Of a DNA stretch of 64,000 nucleotides, positions 26,600 through 37,350 are shown one piece after another. Numbering within the stretch: position 1 is the first letter of the stretch; each line of letters begins with the position of its first letter. The stretch comes from an uncultured virus (IMG/VR IMGVR_UViG_3300012665_000884) (lineage: Duplodnaviria > Heunggongvirae > Uroviricota > Caudoviricetes): IMG/VR virus record IMGVR_UViG_3300012665_000884; one strand, written 5' to 3'. Made by a program: the position numbers and the translations under genes. The notes beneath the pieces were generated by a model that did no database searches, was not told the DNA's origin, and worked only from the letters and a program-made list of their open reading frames with translations.

Positions 26600-29152
26600 A
26601 TGACAAATAAGTTTTATACTAACGTAGTGTGTGTTGGCAACAACATTCTTTACAGAGGTGTAGAAAACGGTAGGCGTGTAAAACTCCGAGTGGGTTACAC
26701 GCCTACAATGTTTTTAGCCTCACAAAAACCTACCAAATGGAAGAATCTTCAAGGTGATTACCTCGAAGAGATTAAACTTGGTTCTATCCGAGAATGTCGT
26801 GACTTTATTAAACGTTATGATGAAGTGCAGAATTTTAAAATCTTCGGCAACAATCGTTATGAGTATGCATTTATTGCAGACGAACATAAAGGTATGATTG
26901 AATGGGACCAATCACTACTCGCAATTGATGTAATTGATATTGAAGTTGGCTCAGAGAATGGTTTCCCAGACCCATACAAAGCAGAAGCTCCTATTACCGC
27001 TATTGCCATCAAGCGATTGAATGGTGCAATGAAAGTTTATGGTTGTGGTGATTTCAATAACTACAACGAAAACGTTTCGTATATCAAGTGTCGTGATGAA
27101 TATGACTTGTGTAAAAAGTTCTTGGGTGATTGGCAATTCGATTGTCCGGATGTTATTACTGGTTGGAACACCAAGTTCTTTGATATTCCATACTTGGTAA
27201 ATCGTTTCAATAAAATTCTCGGTGAAGATGAAATGAAGAAGTTGTCACCATGGAATATGGTGCAAGAGCGCAAGACTAACATTCGTGGTCGTGAAATGAT
27301 TGCTTATGAAATTTATGGTGTTGCATCACTTGATTACATTGAATTGTATAAGACTTTTGCTCCTGGTGGTAAGTCGCAAGAATCATATCGCCTAGACAAT
27401 ATCGCTAACGTTGAATTGGGTAAGCAGAAACTATCATATGATGAATTCGATAACTTGCATCAGTTGTATAAGTTGAACTATCAAAAGTTCATTGAATATA
27501 ACATCATTGACGTTGAATTGATTGTTGAACTTGAGAGTAAGTTAAAGTTGATTGAGTTGACACTAACTCTGGCGTATGACACCAAGTCCAACTTTGAGGA
27601 TGTGTTTACACAAACTCGTATGTGGGATGCCATCATTTACAACTACTTGCTTGAGAGAAACATTATTGTTCCTCCACGTGAGACAAGTATCAAAGATGGT
27701 GCATTTGAAGGTGCGTATGTTAAAGACCCACAAATTGGTATGCATGAATGGGTTGCATCATTTGACTTGAACAGTTTGTATCCTCACTTGATGATGCAGT
27801 ACAATATCTCACCAGAGACTGTTGTGGAAGTGCGTGACTATACACCAGAAATGCGCCAGATTATCTCCGATGGTGTTACTGTTGATAAATTGTTGAACCG
27901 TGAGATTGATACATCTGTTCTTGATGGTGTTACTATTACTCCTAACGGTCAGTTCTTCCGTACAGACAAGCGTGGGTTCTTGCCTACAATGTTGGAAGAA
28001 ATGTATAATGACCGTAAGAAGTTTAAGAAGCTGATGCTTCAAGCCAAACAAGAATATGAGTTGGAGAAAGACCCAAGAAAGATTAGAGAAATCGAAAACA
28101 GAATTTCACGTTATGAAAACTTGCAACTTGCTAAGAAAGTGTCATTGAACTCCGCTTATGGTGCCATGGGTTCACAGTACTTCCGTTTTTATGACTTGCG
28201 TATGGCTCTCGGTGTTACTACTGCTGGTCAGTTGTCTATTCGTTGGATCGAACACAAGATTAACGATTACATGAACACTCTTCTAAAAACGAATGAAGAT
28301 TATGTTATCGCATCTGATACAGATTCTATCTATCTGCGACTTGATGGTTTGGTAAAGAAAGTTTATGGTGCAAATGGAGTTGTGTCTCCTAACATTGATA
28401 AGAAAAAAGTGATTGATTTCATGGATAGAGTTTGTGAAGATAAGATTCAGCCATACATTGATAGTTCTTATGATGAGCTGGCTGTTTATGTTCGTGCTTA
28501 TGAGCAGAAGATGCAAATGAAGCGTGAAGGTCTGTCTAACAAAGGTATCTGGACTGCCAAGAAGCGATACATTCTAAATGTGTATAACAACGAAGGTGTG
28601 CAGTATGCGGAGCCATCATTGAAAGTTATGGGTTTGGAAATGGTGAAGTCTTCTACACCATCTATCATCCGTAAGAAGATGAAAGAAGTTATTAGGTTGA
28701 CTGTTACTGGTAATGAACAGCAAGTTCAAGACTATATTGCCGAGTTTCGTGATGAATTTAAATCTTTGCCACCTGAAGAAGTATCTTTTCCTCGATCAGT
28801 CAATGGTTTGAAGACTTACTCCGACTCGGGTCAAATATATACTAAGGGTACACCGATTCATGTGCGTGGTGCTTTGATTTATAATTACTTCCTAAAGAAG
28901 TATGATTTGACCAATAAGTACCAGATGATTCAAGAGGGTGAGAAGTTGAAGTTCACTTACGTGAAGCAACCTAACCCATTCGGTGATAATGTAATTTCAT
29001 ATCCATCACGATTGCCACCAGAATTTGGTCTTGACAATTACATTGATTATGATTTACAATTCAGCAAAGCCTTCCTAGAACCAATTAAAATTATTCTTGA
29101 TTCTATTGGATGGCAATCAGAGAAGCAGAATTCTCTGGCAGACTTCTTCTAA
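26600..29152 (+). CDS. 43: Family B DNA polymerase gp43
   Basis: DIE exonuclease, SFDLNSLYP, KVSLNSAYG, SDTDS; uninterrupted. Confidence 0.99.
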   Translation: MTNKFYTNVVCVGNNILYRGVENGRRVKLRVGYTPTMFLASQKPTKWKNLQGDYLEEIKLGSIRECRDFIKRYDEVQNFKIFGNNRYEYAFIADEHKGMIEWDQSLLAIDVIDIEVGSENGFPDPYKAEAPITAIAIKRLNGAMKVYGCGDFNNYNENVSYIKCRDEYDLCKKFLGDWQFDCPDVITGWNTKFFDIPYLVNRFNKILGEDEMKKLSPWNMVQERKTNIRGREMIAYEIYGVASLDYIELYKTFAPGGKSQESYRLDNIANVELGKQKLSYDEFDNLHQLYKLNYQKFIEYNIIDVELIVELESKLKLIELTLTLAYDTKSNFEDVFTQTRMWDAIIYNYLLERNIIVPPRETSIKDGAFEGAYVKDPQIGMHEWVASFDLNSLYPHLMMQYNISPETVVEVRDYTPEMRQIISDGVTVDKLLNREIDTSVLDGVTITPNGQFFRTDKRGFLPTMLEEMYNDRKKFKKLMLQAKQEYELEKDPRKIREIENRISRYENLQLAKKVSLNSAYGAMGSQYFRFYDLRMALGVTTAGQLSIRWIEHKINDYMNTLLKTNEDYVIASDTDSIYLRLDGLVKKVYGANGVVSPNIDKKKVIDFMDRVCEDKIQPYIDSSYDELAVYVRAYEQKMQMKREGLSNKGIWTAKKRYILNVYNNEGVQYAEPSLKVMGLEMVKSSTPSIIRKKMKEVIRLTVTGNEQQVQDYIAEFRDEFKSLPPEEVSFPRSVNGLKTYSDSGQIYTKGTPIHVRGALIYNYFLKKYDLTNKYQMIQEGEKLKFTYVKQPNPFGDNVISYPSRLPPEFGLDNYIDYDLQFSKAFLEPIKIILDSIGWQSEKQNSLADFF

Positions 29153-29164
29153 CAAAGGTATAAT

Positions 29165-30211
29165 ATGAGTTTACTTGAAAAAATTAAAAAAAATAGCACA
29201 ATCAAAGACAGTGCGATTCTATCGAAATCAAAGTTCTTTAATGAAAAAGATATGATTCCAACGTCAGTTCCAATGATTAACGTTGCATTGTCTGGAAGAC
29301 TAGATGGTGGTTTGACACCTGGTCTAACTATGTGGGCTGGTCCATCGAAGCATTTTAAGACAGCGTTCTCATTGCTGATGGCTAAATCTTACATGGAGAA
29401 ATATCCTGAAGCCGTTCTGTTGTTCTATGACAGCGAATTCGGCACTCCTAAATCTTACTTTGAGACATTCAACATTGATATGGAACGTGTACTACATACT
29501 CCATTGACAGATATTGAACAGTTAAAGTTTGATATTATGAAACAACTTGAAGGTATTGTCCGCGGAGATAACGTCATCATCTTGGTAGATTCGATTGGTA
29601 ACTTGGCTTCTAAGAAAGAAGTTGAAGATGCACTCGAAGGTAAATCTGTTGCAGATATGAGCCGTGCTAAACAAGTGAAGAGTTTGTTCCGTATGGTAAC
29701 ACCACACTTGTCGCTCAAAGACATTCCTATGATTGTAGTGAACCACACTTACAAGACTATGGAATTATATTCCAAAGATGTTGTTGGTGGTGGCACAGGT
29801 TCTTACTACTCCGCAGATAATATCTTTATCTTGGGTCGTCAACAAGAAAAAGAAGGCACCGAGATTGTTGGTTACAACTTCATTATCAACGTTGAGAAAT
29901 CACGTTACGTAAAAGAGAAGTCTAAGATTCCTGTTACAGTTGCATATGAAGGTGGCTTGAACAAGTATTCTGGATTGATGGATGTAGCACTTGAGGGTAA
30001 TTTTGTGACTAAGCCAAGTAATGGTTGGTATGCAAAAGTTGACCAAGAGACGGGTGAGATTGGTGACAAGAAACGCCTAGCAGACACTATGACTGGTGAA
30101 TTCTGGGATGAGTTACTTACTAATGAAAAGTTCAAAGAATTTGTGAGGAAGAAATATGAAATATCTTATGGCAGCATTATGGGAAAAGATAGCGTTCTGG
30201 AAGAAGCCTAA
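29165..30211 (+). CDS. uvsX: RecA-like recombinase UvsX
   Basis: AGPSKHFKT, YDSEFG, DSIGNLASKKE, VVGGGTG. Confidence 0.97.
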   Translation: MSLLEKIKKNSTIKDSAILSKSKFFNEKDMIPTSVPMINVALSGRLDGGLTPGLTMWAGPSKHFKTAFSLLMAKSYMEKYPEAVLLFYDSEFGTPKSYFETFNIDMERVLHTPLTDIEQLKFDIMKQLEGIVRGDNVIILVDSIGNLASKKEVEDALEGKSVADMSRAKQVKSLFRMVTPHLSLKDIPMIVVNHTYKTMELYSKDVVGGGTGSYYSADNIFILGRQQEKEGTEIVGYNFIINVEKSRYVKEKSKIPVTVAYEGGLNKYSGLMDVALEGNFVTKPSNGWYAKVDQETGEIGDKKRLADTMTGEFWDELLTNEKFKEFVRKKYEISYGSIMGKDSVLEEA

Positions 30212-30524
30212 TGGCTTAGTGCCGGATGTTGATTACAAGTTCCATGACTTTGAAGATAGTGATTTGACTGGCATTAGGGTCTTACAAGGACCTTATGCTG
30301 GTATCTTATACTACTATACTGGTGCATCTATTGCTGAAGAAGGCTTTGGTGCAGTATTCAAATTTGGATATCAAGTAGTCGAATCTGGTGAGTTTACCAG
30401 AAAAGACTTAGATAATGACGAGAAATTTGTTACAATGATGGGTGACATTCTCACAACAATTATATTAATGGACGGACAATTTGAATCGCCTAGAACTTTC
30501 TATTCTCAAGAATCTAACATATAA
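30156..30524 (+). CDS. Hypothetical protein in gp40 position
   Basis: Between uvsX and gp41, overlapping both; function inferred from synteny only. Confidence 0.5.
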   Translation: MKYLMAALWEKIAFWKKPNGLVPDVDYKFHDFEDSDLTGIRVLQGPYAGILYYYTGASIAEEGFGAVFKFGYQVVESGEFTRKDLDNDEKFVTMMGDILTTIILMDGQFESPRTFYSQESNI

Positions 30525-31881
30525 TGAAGAGTACACTCGCAAGGTGTTACCATTCATTGATGCTGAGTATTTTTCAGATAACACAGAGAAACTTGTATTT
30601 CAAGAAATTGCAGATTTCGTGGACAAGTACAAAACATTACCGACACATGAAGCGTTGTTGATTAACTTCACAGAAAGTAAATCACACACCGAAGAACAGG
30701 TTCGTGGTGCAATTGATATTCTAAAAGAACTTCATGCCAATAAAGATGAACCTACTGAGATGCAATGGCTAACCGAGCAGACTGAAAAGTTCTGCCAAGA
30801 CAAAGCAATCTACAACGCTATCATGGAATCGGTTTCGATTCTGGACGATAAGAAATCAACCAAAGCAAAGGGTGAGATTCCTAAGATTTTATCTGATGCT
30901 TTGGGTGTTTCATTTGACCAGAACGTTGGTCATGATTACTTGGGTGACTATGAAGCACGTTTTGCATTCTATCACCAAAAAGAAGAGAAGATTCCTTTCG
31001 ACTTAGAATTCTTCAATAAGATTACTAAGGGTGGTTTGCCAAACAAGACTTTGAATATTGCACTTGCTGGTACTGGTGTTGGTAAATCTTTGTTCATGTG
31101 TCACGTGGCTGCTGGATGTATCTCTCAAGGTATTGATGTACTCTATATTACCATGGAAATGGCAGAAGAGAAGATTGCCGAGCGTATTGATGCTAACATG
31201 TTGAATATTAAACTGGACGACTTGCACATCATTCCTAAAGAAGATTATGTTCGCCGATTTGAAGCACTTCAGTCTAAGACACGTGGTAAGCTAATCATTA
31301 AAGAATATCCTACGGCTGGCGCTAGTGTTACACACTTCCGTTCTTTGTTGAATGAATTGCAATTAAAGAAGAGTTTTCGACCACAGATTATCTTTATTGA
31401 CTATTTGAATATCTGTTGTTCTTCACGTATGAAACAAGGTGGTAGTGTTAACTCATATACTTACATCAAGTCTATTGCAGAAGAATTGCGTGGTCTTGCT
31501 GTCGAATTTAATGTGCCTGTCGTATCTGCAACACAAACAACACGTACTGGTTACAGTAACTCAGATGTTGGTCTGGAAGATACCTCAGAATCATTTGGTT
31601 TACCAGCGACTGCCGACTTTATGTTTGCTTTGATTAGCACAGAAGAGTTGCAACAATTGAATCAGATCATGGTTAAACAGTTGAAGAATCGCTACAATGA
31701 TCCTAGCCAGAATAAAAAGTTTGTGGTAGGTGTTGACAGGTCTAAGATGAAGTTGTATGATGTTGAGGATTCCGCACAAAGTCTAGTTGATTCTGGACAG
31801 GTTGCAGAAGACAAGCCACTGAATACATTCGGAAATCGTGAACGTAGATTCAACTCCAAGTTTGAAGGTGTGCGTGTATAA
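30481..31881 (+). CDS. 41: Replicative helicase gp41
   Basis: LAGTGVGKS, IKEYPT, IDYLNIC, SATQTTR, KQLKNRY; TTG start. Confidence 0.97.
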   Translation: MNRLELSILKNLTYNEEYTRKVLPFIDAEYFSDNTEKLVFQEIADFVDKYKTLPTHEALLINFTESKSHTEEQVRGAIDILKELHANKDEPTEMQWLTEQTEKFCQDKAIYNAIMESVSILDDKKSTKAKGEIPKILSDALGVSFDQNVGHDYLGDYEARFAFYHQKEEKIPFDLEFFNKITKGGLPNKTLNIALAGTGVGKSLFMCHVAAGCISQGIDVLYITMEMAEEKIAERIDANMLNIKLDDLHIIPKEDYVRRFEALQSKTRGKLIIKEYPTAGASVTHFRSLLNELQLKKSFRPQIIFIDYLNICCSSRMKQGGSVNSYTYIKSIAEELRGLAVEFNVPVVSATQTTRTGYSNSDVGLEDTSESFGLPATADFMFALISTEELQQLNQIMVKQLKNRYNDPSQNKKFVVGVDRSKMKLYDVEDSAQSLVDSGQVAEDKPLNTFGNRERRFNSKFEGVRV

Positions 31882-31884
31882 ATA
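31877..31884 (+). promoter_or_regulatory. Late promoter TATAAATA
   Basis: Exact consensus overlapping the gp41 stop; GGAG RBS follows. Confidence 0.8.
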
Positions 31885-31904
31885 CTCTATAAAATGGAGA
31901 TTAC

Positions 31905-32654
31905 ATGGCTGCCCAACAAGGATTCCAGTACGAAATTAACGCCGCAAAGATACTAAAGCCTATGGGACTTGTTCCCAAGAACTTTGTACCTGCTGGCGCT
32001 GGTCACGATCAACCCGACTTAATGTTGGAATATAAAAATCAAAAAGTGGGATGTGAGTTGAAAATCACTGCCGCTTCTGCTGGTTCTTTGGTACTAAAGT
32101 ACGATTCTAAGGATAAGAATGAACCTTGGAAATTTGGTAATGTTAGTGAAGATGATGCTGAAAAGTTCTTCATTAAAAATCTTGCGGAAGAAGTTGGTCT
32201 TTTCGATATCATTAAGAAACAATGGAAAGAAAAACCATATAAGCGTGACAAAGACGCAACGTGGGAAGCAACCGCAGGCAAGTTGACACCTAAACAAAGA
32301 TATGAACGAGATAGAGATACATTCCGTGATATCAAAGGCGAGATTCCAGCCACTAAGATTGAAGATTATTACAACAAAAAGAAAACTTATTATGTCAACG
32401 TTGGTACACACGGTTTCTATTTGATGGGTTCTAAGAATCCATTCAAGCTGAAAGATGTTCCTAGGTTCGGTAGTTCCGCAAAGGCTACATATCGTGCAAG
32501 GGTACAATATAAGGGCAATGATAACTATCAATTCACTTTTGAAATGCAGTTTGCTATTCCAGTTGCTAAGAAATCACCATTCAATATTGCTCCAGTTGAC
32601 GGCAAGACTGTCACAATCATTAAGAAAAATTTAAACCTGGCTTGTTTTCCATGA
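31905..32654 (+). CDS. Putative PD-(D/E)xK nuclease-fold protein
   Basis: GFQYE ... QPDL ... CELK spacing matches restriction-endonuclease-like catalytic motif. Confidence 0.5.
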   Translation: MAAQQGFQYEINAAKILKPMGLVPKNFVPAGAGHDQPDLMLEYKNQKVGCELKITAASAGSLVLKYDSKDKNEPWKFGNVSEDDAEKFFIKNLAEEVGLFDIIKKQWKEKPYKRDKDATWEATAGKLTPKQRYERDRDTFRDIKGEIPATKIEDYYNKKKTYYVNVGTHGFYLMGSKNPFKLKDVPRFGSSAKATYRARVQYKGNDNYQFTFEMQFAIPVAKKSPFNIAPVDGKTVTIIKKNLNLACFP

Positions 32655-33883
32655 AATTCACCGAGTTCTTAACCGAAGCAAAAAAAGAAGGTGCTAACCT
32701 TCACCTCGAACACATCGAAGATGAAGTTCTAAATCGTGGCGTTGCTGGTGCCCGTGATGCTATTAACTTTCTCCGTTCACTTAGAGATATGCTTGCTGGT
32801 CATGCTGACAGTAAAGTTAATCTTACGACTAAGTGGGATGGTGCTCCTGCTATCTTCTGTGGTATCAATCCTGACAACGGTAAGTTCTTTGTCGGTACCA
32901 AAGGAGTTTTCAATGCTAATCCTAAGTTAAACTATACGGAAGCAGATATTGATGCTAATCACCCATCTGAAGGTTTGAGTTCTAAGTTAAAAGTTGCTTT
33001 GCGATATCTACCAAAACTTGGTATCGAAGGTGTGTTACAAGGCGACATGATGTTTGCTAAGGGTGACATTGATAAAAAAGTCATCGAAGGTGAATCGTAT
33101 ATCACATTCCAACCTAACACAATCGTATATGCTGTACCTGCCGATTCCGCATTAGCAAAGACTATGTTAGCGGCACAGTTGGGTATCGTATTCCATACAT
33201 CATACACTGGCAAGACTTTTGCTGATATGAAAGCATCCTTCAATATTGATATCAATCACTTGAAGACTACCAAAGATGTTTGGTTCCGTGATGCATATTT
33301 TATTGATGCATCTGGTACTGCATCTTTCACTGAGCAAGAAACAAAAGAAATCACATACATTCTGTCACAAGCAGGTACCATCTTTCAGAAGATGAGTGGT
33401 ATGACATTGAATCGTATTGCCGCAAGCGATACATTGTTGATGCAGATTAAGACATTCAACAATACCAAAGTTCGTTCAGGCGAACACATCAAAGATACTG
33501 GTAAGCATGTACAAGAATTGACGAAGTGGGTTGAGGAAAGACTTAACAAACAAATTATTGATGCTAAGATGGAAAAAACCAAACTCAAGTATCAAGCTGA
33601 AAAGAATGAGTACATGCATTTTTATCGTAACAATACCGCTGAGTTGAAAAATATTTTTGACTTGATGAATATGTTGGTAGATTCCAAGAACATGATTGTT
33701 AAGAAACTACAGGGCATGAAGCAAGTCACTGGTACATTCCTACAGACAGATGATGGCTACAAAATTACCAACCCAGAAGGGTTCGTTGCTGTTGACAAAC
33801 TGAAGGGTAATGCTGTAAAATTGATTGATAGATTGGAATTCGCACATGCAAACTTTAATGCCGCAAAGAATTGGAGCAAGTGA
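32651..33883 (+). CDS. Conserved T4-like protein (DUF6267-like) with ligase/nucleotidyltransferase motifs
   Basis: HLEHIED, KWDG, LQGD, PEGFVA, VKLIDR; N-terminus MKFTEFLTE. Confidence 0.7.
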   Translation: MKFTEFLTEAKKEGANLHLEHIEDEVLNRGVAGARDAINFLRSLRDMLAGHADSKVNLTTKWDGAPAIFCGINPDNGKFFVGTKGVFNANPKLNYTEADIDANHPSEGLSSKLKVALRYLPKLGIEGVLQGDMMFAKGDIDKKVIEGESYITFQPNTIVYAVPADSALAKTMLAAQLGIVFHTSYTGKTFADMKASFNIDINHLKTTKDVWFRDAYFIDASGTASFTEQETKEITYILSQAGTIFQKMSGMTLNRIAASDTLLMQIKTFNNTKVRSGEHIKDTGKHVQELTKWVEERLNKQIIDAKMEKTKLKYQAEKNEYMHFYRNNTAELKNIFDLMNMLVDSKNMIVKKLQGMKQVTGTFLQTDDGYKITNPEGFVAVDKLKGNAVKLIDRLEFAHANFNAAKNWSK

Positions 33884-34194
33884 TGGAAAGTTTTAAGAGT
33901 TTTCAAGAATTAGCAGAAGCCGCATATGCTGGTAACATTGGTGTTATGGAGTTGATTAAGTTCAAGCAGAAAGCAACACCTGAACAGAAAAAGAAATTTG
34001 ATGACCACTTGAAGAACAAAAAGCACAAAGAGGTTTGGGACTTAGTCCAACATGTGACAGGAGTTCAACTACATAAGAGTGTTCACGAAGAAAAGAAGTC
34101 TCCTGATCCTGATATTCTGCCAGTCTCTGGTGCAGGACAAGACGGCACAAATAAATTAGTTAAGAACTATAAGCGAGATACACCCGGACAGTAA
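33883..34194 (+). CDS. Probable capsid-internal small protein
   Basis: MESFKSFQELAE start; C-terminal YKRDTPGQ. Confidence 0.55.
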   Translation: MESFKSFQELAEAAYAGNIGVMELIKFKQKATPEQKKKFDDHLKNKKHKEVWDLVQHVTGVQLHKSVHEEKKSPDPDILPVSGAGQDGTNKLVKNYKRDTPGQ

Positions 34195-34209
34195 ACAAAA
34201 GGATATATT

Positions 34210-35046
34210 ATGAAAGATGTGATTATCGGAGCCGCAAGTGGCTACACTTGGGACACTCTAAAATATTGGATTAACTCCATCAAAAAATCAGGATTCAGGG
34301 GCGACACAGTTCTTATTCTGATGAATTGTGATTATGAAACTGTGAAGAAAGTTGCTGAGGCTGGTGTTAAAATCATTGGCTTCGAACAGGATGAACAAGG
34401 CAATCTTGTGTATCAGCATGGCAAGATTCCTGTCCACGTAGAACGGTTCATCCATATCTACGAATTTCTCCGTGCAAACGAATACCGCTTTGCTGTCACT
34501 ACAGATGTAAAAGATGTGGTGTTTCAGAAAGACCCAATGGAATTCATCGAATCACACATTGGTGACAAGAATATGTTATTCGCATCCGAGAGTATGAAGT
34601 ACAAGGATGAATCATGGGGTAATCAAAACTTGTTGGAAACTTATGGACCATATATTCACGACAAGTTCAAAGACAATGAAATCTATAATGTTGGTGTTCT
34701 AGGTGGTCGAGCATTTGCATTGCGTGATTTGTGCTTGAACATTTTCACTGCCGCTATCAATCGACCAATTCCAATTTGTGACCAATCAACATTCAACTTT
34801 ATGATTTCACAACATCCATATCTTCATACATCGAAGTATATGAAGTCTGAAGATGGCTGGGCAGCACAACTTGGCACAACTGGCGATCCAAGTAAGATTG
34901 ATGCATTTCGACCATTCTTGTTGGAAGCAGAGCCAAGAATGCATGAGCATAGAGTTACCACATCTAAGTTCAAAGAGTTCACAATTGTTCACCAGTATGA
35001 TAGAGTTCCTGAGTGGCGTAAAATTATTGAGGCAAAATATGGTTGA
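34210..35046 (+). CDS. Putative nucleotide-diphospho-sugar transferase
   Basis: VERF, TDVKDVVFQKDP, YNVGV, DQSTFN, VHQYDR. Confidence 0.7.
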   Translation: MKDVIIGAASGYTWDTLKYWINSIKKSGFRGDTVLILMNCDYETVKKVAEAGVKIIGFEQDEQGNLVYQHGKIPVHVERFIHIYEFLRANEYRFAVTTDVKDVVFQKDPMEFIESHIGDKNMLFASESMKYKDESWGNQNLLETYGPYIHDKFKDNEIYNVGVLGGRAFALRDLCLNIFTAAINRPIPICDQSTFNFMISQHPYLHTSKYMKSEDGWAAQLGTTGDPSKIDAFRPFLLEAEPRMHEHRVTTSKFKEFTIVHQYDRVPEWRKIIEAKYG

Positions 35047-35737
35047 TGGTGTATTTTTCATTGGTTCTGCGCTGAATGTTAAACAACTATCTGTATTCAG
35101 TAACGAACAAAGATATCAACAAACATTAGAGACAATCGAATCTATTGACAAATATTGTCCGATTAACATGAAGTTCATGTTTGATACCTCATATGCTGAA
35201 CCAAATCCAGAATATGTTGCTGAGATTGTAAGTCGTGGTGTTAACTTTGTTTGGACTGGTAATAATACAGATGTGCAACGTTTGTCCGATGCTGGTCAAC
35301 GAAGTCTTGCTGAGACTTTAGGCTTCATCATGATGATAAATGCATTCAATAGATTCCGTGAAAAAAATAACTTACAATTCAAACGATTCTACAAGATTTC
35401 TGGTAGATATAAGTTGAATGATAAATTTATACCAAACAGAGAAGACTTTAAGGATTCTTTTGTTTTTTCTAAACTTTGGGATTCTTGGATGAGTAAAGAC
35501 CAACAAGAAAAGATTGGTACAAATCACATGATTGCATTGAGATTGTGGCATATGGATGCTAATTTGCTTGACATTTTCAGTAAAGAGATATATAATATCT
35601 TAGATGAAATGTCCAAGTATAACATTGATGTTGAACACGCTTATTGTAAAGTGTTGAGAAAATATAAATGGACTATTTGTGAACCTATAGGATTAGAAGG
35701 CGTTATTGCGCCAACAGGAGAAATTGTTAATGAGTAA
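35039..35737 (+). CDS. Hypothetical protein, possible glycosyltransferase-related
   Basis: RYQQTLETIESI, FYKISGRY; lies within sugar cluster. Confidence 0.5.
   Translation: MVDGVFFIGSALNVKQLSVFSNEQRYQQTLETIESIDKYCPINMKFMFDTSYAEPNPEYVAEIVSRGVNFVWTGNNTDVQRLSDAGQRSLAETLGFIMMINAFNRFREKNNLQFKRFYKISGRYKLNDKFIPNREDFKDSFVFSKLWDSWMSKDQQEKIGTNHMIALRLWHMDANLLDIFSKEIYNILDEMSKYNIDVEHAYCKVLRKYKWTICEPIGLEGVIAPTGEIVNE
35568..35596 (+). promoter_or_regulatory. Internal sigma70-type promoter
   Basis: Perfect TTGACA-17 nt-TATAAT upstream of the dehydratase gene. Confidence 0.6.
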
Positions 35738-36761
35738 ACATGTTTTAATTACTGGTGGTTGTGGATTTATTGCACACCACGTTGTTGATTTGCTGATGCG
35801 AGAAACTGATTGGAAAATCACAACCCTCGACAGATTAGACTTTTCGGGTAATCTGAACCGTCTTCACGAAATCTTGGACAAATATGATGTTCAGGCCAAG
35901 AAACGTGTGAATGTTGTATTTCACGATTTGAAAGCGGAGATTAATCCTCTTGTTCAAAACTTCATTCATAAGAATGGTGATGTTGATATTGTTTTGCATT
36001 TGGCTGCATCATCACACGTTGACCGTTCAATCTCACATCCCATGGAGTTTATTTTAGATAATACTGTTGGTACAGCACACTTATTGGAGTTTGCACGTAA
36101 ACTTCCATATCATCTAGAAACGTTCTTGTATTTCAGTACAGACGAAATCTTTGGTGTTGCTCCTCCTGGTGTTGCATATGAGGAACGTGCCCGTTATAAC
36201 TCAACTAATCCATACTCAGCATCTAAAGCGGCAGGTGAAGAATTGTGTGTTGCGTATGAAAATACATACAAACTTCCTATCGTTATCACACACACAATGA
36301 ACGTATTTGGCGAACGTCAAACACCAGAGAAATTCATTCCATTGTGTATTGACCGAGTTCGCAAGGGTGAAAAGATTTACATCCATTCTGATGAAACTAA
36401 AACATATGCAGGTAGCAGATTCTACATCCATGCCGCAGACGTTGCCGATGCATTATTGTTCTTGTTGAATAAGAAGCCACAAATTCCTATGGATTATGGT
36501 CATGCTAAGTGTCCTAAGTTCAATATCGTTGGTAAAGAAGAAGTTGATAACTTAACACTTGCTAAGATGGTTGCAGACGCACAGGGCAAAGAATTGAATT
36601 ATGAGATGATTGACTTTCACAATTCACGTCCTGGTCATGACTTGCGTTATGCATTGAGTGGAGACTTGATGCGTTCGTTGGGCTGGGAGCCTAAGATTGC
36701 TTTTAGTGAACGAGTTAAACAAGTGAATGACTGGTATTTGGAGAATACTCAGTGGCTATAA
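35730..36761 (+). CDS. NDP-glucose 4,6-dehydratase (RmlB-like extended SDR)
   Basis: [36 protein letters not shown]. Confidence 0.9.
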   Translation: MSKHVLITGGCGFIAHHVVDLLMRETDWKITTLDRLDFSGNLNRLHEILDKYDVQAKKRVNVVFHDLKAEINPLVQNFIHKNGDVDIVLHLAASSHVDRSISHPMEFILDNTVGTAHLLEFARKLPYHLETFLYFSTDEIFGVAPPGVAYEERARYNSTNPYSASKAAGEELCVAYENTYKLPIVITHTMNVFGERQTPEKFIPLCIDRVRKGEKIYIHSDETKTYAGSRFYIHAADVADALLFLLNKKPQIPMDYGHAKCPKFNIVGKEEVDNLTLAKMVADAQGKELNYEMIDFHNSRPGHDLRYALSGDLMRSLGWEPKIAFSERVKQVNDWYLENTQWL

Positions 36762-37348
36762 AATTTTATGAAGTTGGTCCATATATGGGTGGTCAGGGCC
36801 CAACCATTGTTGAAATGGGTAAGTATACATATGGACTAGATAAGATTCTGATTAACAACTATCGTTCACAGAATAATAGATTGAAAATTGGTTCTTTTAC
36901 TTCAATGGCATCATTCACGAAAATCTTCTTATGTGGTGGTAGAGGACATGAACATGAAACCATGACAACATATCCTTTTGGTGCCACTGAAACAGATGTG
37001 TTCAACAACATTAAGTTTGATGTACCATTCAATAACTCTGGTGATGTTACGATTGGTTCTGACGTTTGGTTAGGAGAAGGTGTTACCATTATGTCAGGCG
37101 TCACTATTGGTGATGGTGCAGTTGTTGCTACAAACTCCACTGTAGTATCTGATGTGCCAGCTTATGCTATTGTTGGCGGTAATCCAGCGAAAGTTATCAG
37201 ATACAGATTTGATTCTGAAATTATTGAAGCACTCCTGGATTTAAAATGGTGGAACTTAGATGATGAGACTATTAATTATTTCTTGCCGATAATTAAGCAG
37301 AAACCAACACTAGATAATATTGCTAAAATTAAAAATAATGTGAGGTAA
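36752..37348 (+). CDS. Hexapeptide-repeat O-acetyltransferase (CatB/XAT-like)
   Basis: [42 protein letters not shown]. Confidence 0.88.
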   Translation: MAIKFYEVGPYMGGQGPTIVEMGKYTYGLDKILINNYRSQNNRLKIGSFTSMASFTKIFLCGGRGHEHETMTTYPFGATETDVFNNIKFDVPFNNSGDVTIGSDVWLGEGVTIMSGVTIGDGAVVATNSTVVSDVPAYAIVGGNPAKVIRYRFDSEIIEALLDLKWWNLDDETINYFLPIIKQKPTLDNIAKIKNNVR

Positions 37349-37350
37349 AA

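Noticed and set aside
26600..29152. Possible intron or intein in gp43 (nrdA, nrdB, gp41 and thyX also considered)
   Set aside because: ORFs are continuous and of normal length, with no intein or endonuclease insert visible
36752..37348. Chloramphenicol/streptogramin resistance gene (CatB/Vat-like)
   Set aside because: The hexapeptide fold is shared with sugar acetyltransferases, and the context is a sugar biosynthesis cluster
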